A DNA stretch of 64,000 bases from positions 5,189 through 69,188 of the forward strand of contig JBAVTF010000102.1 in the NCBI GenBank assembly GCA_049695995.1, written 5' to 3'. Each line of letters begins with the position of its first letter. Positions within the stretch are counted from its first letter, which is position 1. The DNA comes from Pirellulales bacterium. Lineage in GTDB: Bacteria; Planctomycetota; Planctomycetia; Pirellulales; UBA1268. Positions 8,952 through 16,731 of this stretch are shown here, piece after piece. The notes below the pieces were generated by a model. The model was given only the letters and a program-made list of their open reading frames with translations, did no database searches and was not told where the DNA came from. The position numbers were made by a program, and so were the translations under genes.

Positions 8952-8992
8952 TCGGCACCGTGGGATAGAACGATGGGGTAGAACGATGCGCC

Positions 8993-9820
8993 ATGGATGA
9001 TGCCTTGTTGCCCACGAGCCCGTCTGGAGTGGCCCTGCTTGCCGTCGCGTCGGCGGTGGCGGGCGCGGTGAATTCCGTTGCCGGCGGCGGCACCATCCTC
9101 ACGTTTCCGGTGCTTGCGGCGATTCTGCCCCCCGATCCTGGCCGCATGGTCGTGGCCAATGCGACGAGCACGATCGGCCTCTGGCCCGCCTCGGCCGTGG
9201 CAGCGTGGGCCTATCGCGGCGAGCGAACGCACCAACCGGCCTGGGTGCGGTGGATGATCCTGCCGAGCGTAGCGGGCGCAATCGTGGGCACGCTGCTTGT
9301 GCTGCGGCTGCCCCCCGCATGGTTCGACGCGGCCGTGCCGTGGCTGATCCTCACGGCTGCGATCTTGTTCAGCGTGCAGCCCCGCGTAGGCCAATCACTC
9401 CGCAACGGGCAGCCCGTTGCAGCGCAACGGGCCTACACGACGCAACGGCTCCTGCCCGCCTGCCTGTTGCAGTTCGCGGTGGCGATCTACGGCGGCTATT
9501 TCGGAGCCGGCATCGGCATTCTCATGCTCGCCGTGCTCGGCCTGCTCGGACTCGGCGATATCCACAAGCTCAACGGCGTGAAGAACGTGCTCGGCACGGC
9601 GATCAACGGTGTCGCGGCGGCCACGTTTGCCGCCGGCTCGCTCAGCGGGGCCCACGACGTGTCGTGGCCACTGGCAGCGGTGATGGCCGGGGCGGCGATG
9701 GCGGGCAGTCTGTCGGCATCGCTGGTCGCCCGGCGGCTGCCAGCAGCCCGGGTGCGGCGGTTCGTGGCCATCCTCGGATTCGCCCTGGCGGCCTACTATC
9801 TGTGGCGGCATTTCTCATAG
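8993..9820 (+). CDS. TauE/SafE-family (DUF81) anion exporter
   Basis: The N-terminal motif AGAVNSVAGGGTILTFPVL is repeated in the second half (GGYFGAGIGILMLAVLG). Roughly 8 hydrophobic segments. Confidence 0.85.
   Translation: MDDALLPTSPSGVALLAVASAVAGAVNSVAGGGTILTFPVLAAILPPDPGRMVVANATSTIGLWPASAVAAWAYRGERTHQPAWVRWMILPSVAGAIVGTLLVLRLPPAWFDAAVPWLILTAAILFSVQPRVGQSLRNGQPVAAQRAYTTQRLLPACLLQFAVAIYGGYFGAGIGILMLAVLGLLGLGDIHKLNGVKNVLGTAINGVAAATFAAGSLSGAHDVSWPLAAVMAGAAMAGSLSASLVARRLPAARVRRFVAILGFALAAYYLWRHFS
9386..9436 (+). repeat. 51-nt GTAGGC...GCCTAC palindromic element inside the TauE/SafE CDS, in frame
   Basis: GTAGGCCAATCACTCCGCAACGGGCAGCCCGTTGCAGCGCAACGGGCCTAC has the same termini and core (GGGCAGCCCGTTGC) as the intergenic copies at 14103-14153 and 25414-25465. 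Confidence 0.75.
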
Positions 9821-9835
9821 GGCCCCTCCCCACGC

Positions 9836-10720
9836 ATGCTCGTCCGCGCCGACCATCTCACGAAACGCTACGGCAGCTTCACGGCGCTCGACGGCTGCTC
9901 GCTGCACGTCGCGGAGGGAGACATCTTCGGGCTGCTCGGGCCCAACGGTGCCGGCAAGACGACGTTTCTGCGCACGCTCCTCGGCTTCATCACGCCCACG
10001 AGCGGCACAGCCACGGTCGCGGGCTTCGACTGCGTCAGGCAATCGCTGCAGGTGCGGGAACACACCGCCTATCTGCCAGGCGAGGCCCGGCTCTTCCGCC
10101 GGATGAACGGCTACGGCGTGCTCGACTTCTTCGCCGACCTGCGGCCCTCGTGCGGCCGCGGGCGGGCGGCGGCGATTGCCGACCGGCTCGGCCTCGACTG
10201 TTCGCGGCAGGTGGCCCGCATGAGCACGGGCATGCGGCAGAAGCTGGCGCTCGCCGTCGTGCTCGCCACCGATGCGCGGCTCGTGATTCTCGATGAGCCG
10301 ACGGCCAATCTCGACCCCACGGCCCGTGCCGAGGTGCTCGATCTCGTGCTCGAGGCCCGCGCGGCCGGCCGCACGGTGATCTTCTCGTCGCATGTGCTCT
10401 CCGAGGTGGAGGCCTCCTGCGACCGCGTCGCGATCCTGCGGGCGGGCCGGCTCGTCCACGAGCAGTCGATCCACGACCTGCGACGGAGTCATCGGATCAC
10501 CGCGCGGCTGGCTGGCCCGTTTGCCGGCGTGCCGGCGGCGCTAGTGGCGCACGTCGCGGTCGCTGGCCACGAAGGATCGCGGGTCGTCCTGGAGACGGCC
10601 GATTCACTCGCGCCGTTGCTCGGCTGGCTGGCCACGCTGCCGCTGGAGGAGATGCAGGTCGAGCCGGTCGGCCTCGGCGCGGTCTACGATCGTTTCCACC
10701 GGAATATCCACGCCTCATGA
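9836..10720 (+). CDS. ABC transporter ATP-binding protein
   Basis: Walker A GPNGAGKTT, signature MSTGMRQK and Walker B LVILDEPTANLD. ATGA overlap with the downstream permease gene. Confidence 0.9.
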   Translation: MLVRADHLTKRYGSFTALDGCSLHVAEGDIFGLLGPNGAGKTTFLRTLLGFITPTSGTATVAGFDCVRQSLQVREHTAYLPGEARLFRRMNGYGVLDFFADLRPSCGRGRAAAIADRLGLDCSRQVARMSTGMRQKLALAVVLATDARLVILDEPTANLDPTARAEVLDLVLEARAAGRTVIFSSHVLSEVEASCDRVAILRAGRLVHEQSIHDLRRSHRITARLAGPFAGVPAALVAHVAVAGHEGSRVVLETADSLAPLLGWLATLPLEEMQVEPVGLGAVYDRFHRNIHAS

Positions 10721-11550
10721 TCTTCAACACCGCCATCTGGAAGCGCACCTGGGGTGACCAGCGAGTGCTGGTGCTGTCGCTGGCCGCGCTGTGGGCCGTG
10801 TTCCCCTGGATCTACATCACGCTCTCGGCGCAGATCCAGATGTCGGCCTTCCAAGACGTGCTCCTGCGGGCGATCCCGCAGGAGTGGCAGAAGCTGTCGG
10901 GCGTGCCCTTCTCCGAGGTGGCCACGCATGCCGGCCGCGTGGCGCTGGCGTTCGTCGATCCCGTGGTGGTGCTCGCGGCCACGGTCTGGGGCATCACCCG
11001 CGGCAGCGATGCAGTGTCGGGGCAGCTCGAGCGGGGCACGATGGAGATGGTGCTGGCAGCGCCGGTGGGACGCGTGGCTGTGTTCGTCACCCAGGCCCTC
11101 GCCACCACGCTCGCGGCGGCCGTCTTGGTGGGCGTCCTGCTCGGCGGTGTGTATTCGGCCATCACCTTCGGCCCCTGGGCCGGCCAGGTCGACCCGGCTC
11201 GGTTCGTGCCCGCGGCGGCCAATGTGTTCGGCCTGATGGTCTGCATGGCGGGCATCACGGCCTGCGTGTCGGCAGCCGACAGCCACCGCTGGCGGACGAT
11301 CGGCATACTTTGTGGCTTCTACGTATTTTCAATCCTGGCGAAGCTCGTCGGGCGGATGAGCGAGTCGCTATCCTGGGTCGGCTACCTGTCGGTCTTCAAC
11401 GCATATGAGCCGCAGCGGCTCGTGTTTGGCGGCCTCGATTCCTGGCTGCTCGTGGCCCGCTATGACGGCGTGCTGCTCGGGATCGGGCTGGCCGCCTACG
11501 TGATCGGGGCGGCGATCTTCGCCCGCCGCGACCTCCCCGCGCCGCTGTGA
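10717..11550 (+). CDS. ABC-2-type transporter permease
   Basis: 277-aa polytopic membrane protein translationally coupled (ATGA) to the ATPase. Six hydrophobic segments. Confidence 0.7.
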   Translation: MIFNTAIWKRTWGDQRVLVLSLAALWAVFPWIYITLSAQIQMSAFQDVLLRAIPQEWQKLSGVPFSEVATHAGRVALAFVDPVVVLAATVWGITRGSDAVSGQLERGTMEMVLAAPVGRVAVFVTQALATTLAAAVLVGVLLGGVYSAITFGPWAGQVDPARFVPAAANVFGLMVCMAGITACVSAADSHRWRTIGILCGFYVFSILAKLVGRMSESLSWVGYLSVFNAYEPQRLVFGGLDSWLLVARYDGVLLGIGLAAYVIGAAIFARRDLPAPL

Positions 11551-11632
11551 ATGCAGTGGCTTTTTTTCAACGGTGTGCCGCATACTTTGGGGCGGGTATC
11601 CAAAGGTTCCGATCGAACAAAGGCGGGTTGCG

Positions 11633-13378
11633 ATGGTGCGACGAAGTGATGCAGATCTCCGGGTGTCCGCCGGATGCTTCCTGGCGTTGATCGTGTGCCT
11701 CATGTTCGCCGCCGGCGCAGTGCGGGCCGACGAGGCCGCAGCTGGGGTGGCCGACGAGACTCCGGGGCAGGCCGAGCTCGACAAGGCGATCGACGCCAAA
11801 CTCGGGGCCGACGATCTCGATGATTACGAGCGGGTGCTCGAGCATTGCAAGAAGGCGGTCGAACTCGGCCTCGACGCCGAATCGAAAAAGTTCGCCGACG
11901 AACTCTACACCGGCACGCTGGTGGATCGCGCCGGGATGATCGTCGACGCCATCTACGATTCGGTCCCGCCCAACCCGCAGTGGCCCCGAATGCGCGGATT
12001 TGCCCTGCGGGATCTCGGCGAAGTGATCGGCCGTGATCCGAAGCTGGGGCAGGCCCACCTGATGATCGCCCGCCTCGAGTCGCTGCCGCGGGGCAACCGT
12101 GAACGCGCCAAGGCGTCCGCCGAGAAGGCACTCGAACTGCTCGGCGACGATCGCCTCCAGATGGCGAAGGCCCACATCGTGCTGGCGGGCCTGGAGGAAG
12201 ACGACACCGCGAAGCAGGAGGAGCACTACGCGAAGGCGATCGAGTTCGCCCCGCGCGACGTCGAGATCCGCCGGACCCGCGGCCTGCACTTCCTGCTCGA
12301 AGACAAGTTCGACCGGGCCCGCGAAGATCTGCTGGTGGCGATCGAGGAGAAGCCCAGCGACGGCTCGCTCCACGAGGCGCTCGGCATGGCCTGCATGATG
12401 GGCGACAAGCGCGACGAGGCGAAAAAGGCATTCGACAAGGCGATCGAGCTGGAGCCCGATTCGAGCAGCCCGCTGCTGCAGCGGGCCAGGCTGTTGGCGG
12501 TGGAGGAGAAGTTTCCCGAGGCGATCGCCGACGTCGACCGCGCCCTCGACCTGGAGCCGGGCAATCCGGCGGCCCTCGTGCTGCGGGCTCGCGTGCATCA
12601 GCAGGCGGGCGATTCCGCTGAGGCGCTCGACGATGTCGAGTCGGTGCTCGCCGATGATCCCGACAACACCGTGGCCTTGGAACTGCGGGGGCTGATCGCG
12701 GCGGAGCGCGACGACTTCCCGAGCGCGATCCGGGATTTTCGGCGGCTGGTGGCGCGAAATGGCGACGATGCCGTGCTCGTGAGCCAGCTCGGCATGCTGT
12801 ATCTGGCCGCCAAGCAGCCGCGTGAGGCCGTCCGCCGCTTCACGCGGGCCCTCGAGATCGACGACGAGCATTTCGCCAGTCGCCGTGGCCGCAGCGATGC
12901 GTTGATCTCGATCGGCGACCATCCGGCGGCGATCCAAGACCTGGAGAAGGCCCACGCACTCAAGCCCGACGACACCGGTGTGCTCAACAACCTTGCCTGG
13001 CTGCTCGCCACATCACCCGACGACACGATCCGCGACGGCAAGCGGGCCGTTGAGCTGGCTCAGAAGGCCTGCGAGCTGACGGAGTGGAAGGAGCCCCACA
13101 TCATCAGCACGCTCGCGGCGGGCCATGCGGAGGCGGGTGATTTCGCCAAGGCACGCGAGTTCAGCCAGAAGGCGGTCGATGCGAGCGACGATTCCGACCA
13201 GGTCAAGGAGCAACTGAAGGGCGAACTCGCCAGCTACGAGGCGGAGAAGCCGTGGCGTGAGCGGCAGGAGATGGAGGAGGCGAAGCTCGACGAGCCCGGC
13301 GGCCAGGCGCGGAGTGAGTCGGAGCCCGAGGAGAACGACGAGCCGCCCCCCGCGCCCCGCCGGCCGTTCGACGAGTAG
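11633..13378 (+). CDS. secreted tetratricopeptide (TPR) repeat protein with acidic C-terminal tail
   Basis: Signal peptide (CFLALIVCLMFAAGAVRA) and many 34-aa TPR-type repeats (e.g. AIADVDRALDLEPGNPAALVLRARVH). The tail is Glu/Asp-rich. Start set at the ATG at 11633. Confidence 0.8.
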   Translation: MVRRSDADLRVSAGCFLALIVCLMFAAGAVRADEAAAGVADETPGQAELDKAIDAKLGADDLDDYERVLEHCKKAVELGLDAESKKFADELYTGTLVDRAGMIVDAIYDSVPPNPQWPRMRGFALRDLGEVIGRDPKLGQAHLMIARLESLPRGNRERAKASAEKALELLGDDRLQMAKAHIVLAGLEEDDTAKQEEHYAKAIEFAPRDVEIRRTRGLHFLLEDKFDRAREDLLVAIEEKPSDGSLHEALGMACMMGDKRDEAKKAFDKAIELEPDSSSPLLQRARLLAVEEKFPEAIADVDRALDLEPGNPAALVLRARVHQQAGDSAEALDDVESVLADDPDNTVALELRGLIAAERDDFPSAIRDFRRLVARNGDDAVLVSQLGMLYLAAKQPREAVRRFTRALEIDDEHFASRRGRSDALISIGDHPAAIQDLEKAHALKPDDTGVLNNLAWLLATSPDDTIRDGKRAVELAQKACELTEWKEPHIISTLAAGHAEAGDFAKAREFSQKAVDASDDSDQVKEQLKGELASYEAEKPWRERQEMEEAKLDEPGGQARSESEPEENDEPPPAPRRPFDE

Positions 13379-13394
13379 GGGCGCTGCCCTTAGT

Positions 13395-13451
13395 GGGCAT
13401 GTCACGCCGTGACATGCTGCCCTTATTCCGGTCACGGCGTGACCGGGCTAC
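13395..13451. repeat. composite palindromic element (two GTCACGSCGTGAC hairpins)
   Basis: GGGCATGTCACGCCGTGACATGCTGCCC plus CCGGTCACGGCGTGACCGGGCTAC. The 3' half is near-identical to 23369-23393. Lies between convergent genes. Confidence 0.7.
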
Positions 13452-13455
13452 TTTC

Positions 13456-14082
13456 CTACCGACGGCCAGGTTCACGGCCGGGGTCCAGCTCGCGCACCTT
13501 CGCGGCCGCGGCGCGGGCGGCGGCGATGTTGCCGGCGCGTTCCCAGCCCCGCATCGCGAGCAGCTGGGCAGACATCGCCATGTCGCGGCGGCCGTCGGCC
13601 TCAGCTCGCGCGCCCAACTGGCCTGCCATGTCGGCGAGCGCAGCGGCCCGATCGGAATCGAGCAGCCGAAGTGGGATGCCGGTGAGCGTGCGGTATTCCT
13701 CGGCCACGGCGTCGAAGTCGAAGCTGGCCGAGGCGAGCCGGATCGCACGAGAGACGGCAGCCGCATTGCCCGCATCAGCAGCCAGTTCGCGGGCCTCGTC
13801 GAACATCAGCCACTTGAGACGGCGGTCTGGCTCGCTGGCAGCCGCAGCGAGCAGCGCAGCCACTGCGGTGTTGGCGCCGGCGGGCGTTGACACGCTCGCG
13901 AGTTCGTCGCGGAAGCGTCGCCGCAATTCGGCGCGGGCGTCCACGAGTTCGTGCGGGCCCGGTGGCTCACCAGCGGCGGCCGCGGGGGCGAGCTGCCGCA
14001 TCCGCAGGCGGGCGGGTGCATCGGCGTCGTCCGCGCGAGCGGCGAGCGGGAGGAGTGCGATGAGGATGGCGGCACCACGCAT
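13456..14082 (-). CDS. hypothetical secreted Ala/Arg-rich protein
   Basis: Signal peptide MRGAAILIALLPLAARA. Last gene of the Wza-like operon. No recognisable domain. Confidence 0.5.
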   Translation of the reverse strand: MRGAAILIALLPLAARADDADAPARLRMRQLAPAAAAGEPPGPHELVDARAELRRRFRDELASVSTPAGANTAVAALLAAAASEPDRRLKWLMFDEARELAADAGNAAAVSRAIRLASASFDFDAVAEEYRTLTGIPLRLLDSDRAAALADMAGQLGARAEADGRRDMAMSAQLLAMRGWERAGNIAAARAAAAKVRELDPGREPGRR

Positions 14083-14102
14083 GCTCGTCAGTCTAGCAGC
14101 GT

Positions 14103-14153
14103 GTAGGCCCGTCACTCCGTGACGGGCAGCCCGTTGCGGAGCAACGAGCCTAC
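14103..14153 (+). repeat. 51-nt GTAGGC...GCCTAC palindromic element (intergenic reference copy)
   Basis: GTAGGCCCGTCACTCCGTGACGGGCAGCCCGTTGCGGAGCAACGAGCCTAC. It carries two internal hairpins (CCCGTCAC/GTGACGGG and CGTTGC/GCAACG) and 6-nt terminal inverted repeats. Confidence 0.8.
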
Positions 14154-14158
14154 GGGCA

Positions 14159-14587
14159 TCAGCGGGCGCCGGGGTAGTAGTGCGACATGTTGAGATACGT
14201 CGCGGAGTGGCCGGTCGGGCGGATGCTCTCGTTCACCTGCCGCGAGCTCGTGTCGCGCTGAATCTGCTGCACGCGGTTCTGCAGGTTGTTGATCTGTCGG
14301 GCCTGCTGCATGCCGCCGACGATCTGGCTCTCCTGGTCGAACCGCGGCTGGATGAGCTGCTGGTAGACGAGCGGGTTCACGCCGCCGGTAGTCGGATTTA
14401 CGCCGCCCCCCATGCCACCGCCACCCGGCTGCGCGAGCATCGTGTAGGGGCTCACGGTCGGCCGGCGGTAGGTGTTAGTGCTGGAAAACGGTAGCTGGCC
14501 GTTCTGCGCATGGGCGTCGACTGCCACGCCGGCCACGATCGCGGCCAGGGCGAGCGGTGCGGTGCGGATGAGAAGGCGGAAGCTCAT
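14159..14587 (-). CDS. hypothetical secreted Gly/Gln/Asn-rich protein
   Basis: Signal peptide MSFRLLIRTAPLALAAIVAGVAVDAHA, a Gly-rich segment (QPGGGGMGGGVNPTTGG) and a Gln/Asn-rich helix (QQARQINNLQNRVQQIQ). Lies immediately downstream of the Wza-like gene. Confidence 0.55.
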   Translation of the reverse strand: MSFRLLIRTAPLALAAIVAGVAVDAHAQNGQLPFSSTNTYRRPTVSPYTMLAQPGGGGMGGGVNPTTGGVNPLVYQQLIQPRFDQESQIVGGMQQARQINNLQNRVQQIQRDTSSRQVNESIRPTGHSATYLNMSHYYPGAR

Positions 14588-14659
14588 GGTCGTTGCTCCA
14601 GGGCCCATTCCACTTTCGTTCAATCGTACCGCGCTCACCTGGCCCGGGCCATCAGCCGG

Positions 14660-15952
14660 TCACTCCGGCAGTTCGTAGCCCGCGATCGCCATCTCCATCG
14701 CGGCCCGGACAGCGGCCTTCGCCAACGGCTTGTCGTGCAGCCAGGCGGCGAACTGCTCGCCGTGGGCGGCATAGGCCGTCTGCAGCCAGCTCGGAGCCTC
14801 CGTGAGCATCCAGGCCCGGAACACGAGCCACCGCGGGTCGTCCACGCCGTAGGCCTCGCGGGCCGTCCAGCAGAAGAACGTGCCGAACGGCACCGTGAGC
14901 GTCCGTACCATGCTCGAGCCGAGCAGGGTGAAGCCAAACATCCGCTCGAAGGGAGCCGTGATCTTGCCCACGATGCTGTCGAAGGCGACCCACGAATCCT
15001 GGGCGATGAACACGCGGTCACCCGGCAGGATCTGGTAGTTGGTGGCGGTCGCGCCCCCCTTCATGATCGACTCGATGTCCACGGGCAGGATCTGATCGCA
15101 GCCCACGCCCGAGGGGGCCGGCCGGGCGATCCAGATGTCCTTGCTGGAGAGCTTGGAGAGGCCGTTGATCTGGGCGATCGCGTCGAGCACGGTCTCGTTG
15201 CCCGTCACGGGGAAGCGGGCCACGTTGTCGCCGAAGCCCGCCCCTTCGGTCACCACGTAGTAGACCTTCGAGTTGTACGAAAACACGTCCACGCTCACGA
15301 GCGGCGCGTCGAGATACTGGCCAAGGTGCTGCTCGATCTTGGCCTTCGCCTCGTTGAGCGTCAGGCCCGTGATGTAGACACTCCCGTACGTGCCGAGATT
15401 GATCGTGCCGTCGGGGCCCACGAGGTGCTCGCCGGCGATCTGCTGCTGGCCAGCGGCCTGGGCGAGCGTGAGCGATACCTGCGGCTCGCGGAGGATTCGC
15501 TTCAGGTGGCGGAAGATCGAATCCTGAGCTTCTTCGAGCGACTGATTGCCCACCATCACCTTGCCGTAGGAGGGACCGAGGTCGAGCATGCCGCCCGGCT
15601 CCACCACGTAGATGCCGTTGATGGGCTGCTCGAGGAGCGTGCCTTCCACGATGACCTGCAGCGAATCGAACGACTGGATCCGGAAGGGCGGCTTGGGCAC
15701 GACGCGGAGCGCGTCCACGAGCAGGATGTCGGGCGGCTCGATCACATAGGCCGGCAGGGACACTTTCGCCAGTTCCTTGGCCGGCATCCGGCTCGGGTCG
15801 GTCGGCGGGCAGTTGGCCTGCTCCGACACCCGCTGGAAGTGCGACCGCTGCGGCCGGCCGTAGATGGACGTGCAGCCGGCGGACGAGAGCGTCGCGGCCA
15901 GGGCCACGAGCGTCACCGCCACCCGATTGTTTCGCGCTGCAAACCAGCCCAT
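14660..15952 (-). CDS. Wza-like polysaccharide export lipoprotein (Poly_export + SLBB domains) with C-terminal extension
   Basis: Lipobox (LAATLSSAGC), a Poly_export-type motif (YVIEPPDILLVDAL), and SLBB-like repeats (VGPDGTINLGTYGSVYITGLTLNEAKAKIEQHL; FPVTGNETVLDAIAQ). About 100 extra C-terminal residues. Confidence 0.85.
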   Translation of the reverse strand: MGWFAARNNRVAVTLVALAATLSSAGCTSIYGRPQRSHFQRVSEQANCPPTDPSRMPAKELAKVSLPAYVIEPPDILLVDALRVVPKPPFRIQSFDSLQVIVEGTLLEQPINGIYVVEPGGMLDLGPSYGKVMVGNQSLEEAQDSIFRHLKRILREPQVSLTLAQAAGQQQIAGEHLVGPDGTINLGTYGSVYITGLTLNEAKAKIEQHLGQYLDAPLVSVDVFSYNSKVYYVVTEGAGFGDNVARFPVTGNETVLDAIAQINGLSKLSSKDIWIARPAPSGVGCDQILPVDIESIMKGGATATNYQILPGDRVFIAQDSWVAFDSIVGKITAPFERMFGFTLLGSSMVRTLTVPFGTFFCWTAREAYGVDDPRWLVFRAWMLTEAPSWLQTAYAAHGEQFAAWLHDKPLAKAAVRAAMEMAIAGYELPE

Positions 15953-16145
15953 GCTCACACTCCCTGCGACCGGCATAGTCGCTGCGATCGGGAGTATCGG
16001 CAGATTCCGGCCGCAAACTTTGCCCGGCCTGCCTTCCAGACACGGTTCGGCGAAAAACCCGGCGGCCGGCCCGGTAGGTGGGGCGACTTGGGCGAAAACC
16101 GGGCGTAAACTTGCGTTTCAGAGAGGGTTCTCGAAGGGTCTCTGC

Positions 16146-16715
16146 GTGCCCATCCTCCCCAAACAGTGCGATTTCTATCCTGCCGACCTGCTTGACCTTC
16201 CGGCGAGTCAGGACGCCGGCGGGCCGGAGGCCACCCGCTGGCTCGTCTTCTACACACTCGCCCGACGCGAGAAAGACCTGATGCGGAAGCTGGAGGCGGC
16301 CCACATCCCGTTTTACGGGCCGATGATCCGCCGCCGGCTGCGATCCACCGGGGGCAAGACCCGCTCCTCCTACGTTCCGCTTTTCCCAGGCTACGTATTC
16401 TCACGCGTCGACGACGAGCAGAGGCGGGCGGCGTTGGCCACCAACACGATCGCCCGCTGGATTCCCGTCGGCGACGAGCGAATGCTTGTCAGCGACCTGC
16501 GGGCGATCCGGCAGCTCATCGACAGCGATCAGCCGCTCACTCCCGAGGCCCGACTGGAGCCAGGGCAGCCGGTCCGCGTGCGAACCGGGCCGCTCAAGGG
16601 CATCGAGGGCGTGGTGATCCGCCGGCGGGGCGAGGAGCGGCTGCTCGTGGCGGTGCGGTTCCTGAATCAGGGCGCGTCGATCGAACTGGAAGACATCGAC
16701 CTCGAACCGCTGTAG
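16146..16715 (+). CDS. specialised NusG paralog (RfaH/UpxY/LoaP-like antiterminator)
   Basis: NGN-like N-terminus (WLVFYTLARREKDLMRKLEAAHIPFYGPM...YVPLFPGYVFSR) and a KOW motif (GQPVRVRTGPLKGIEGVVI). GTG start at 16146, because no ATG lies upstream of the NGN domain. First gene of the sugar operon. Confidence 0.75.
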   Translation: MPILPKQCDFYPADLLDLPASQDAGGPEATRWLVFYTLARREKDLMRKLEAAHIPFYGPMIRRRLRSTGGKTRSSYVPLFPGYVFSRVDDEQRRAALATNTIARWIPVGDERMLVSDLRAIRQLIDSDQPLTPEARLEPGQPVRVRTGPLKGIEGVVIRRRGEERLLVAVRFLNQGASIELEDIDLEPL

Positions 16716-16731
16716 TGGAACGGAATCCCGA

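Noticed and set aside
13395-14153. CRISPR array hypothesis for the recurring palindromes (also 23316-23393 and 25414-25465)
   Set aside because: Copies are single or paired, irregularly spaced kilobases apart, in both orientations and partly inside genes. There is no repeat-spacer periodicity and there are no cas genes.
16066-16082. ops-type RfaH recruitment element in the NusG-paralog leader
   Set aside because: Only GGTAG plus GTG match the 12-nt ops consensus. The flanking GGC and the T11 position do not match, so it is not callable as a site.
14510-16304. 532-aa plus-strand and 428-aa minus-strand ORFs overlapping the Wza-like gene
   Set aside because: Both are alternate or antisense frames of a gene with clear Poly_export/SLBB motifs. 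Their translations are Arg/His/Gly-rich with no domain signatures.
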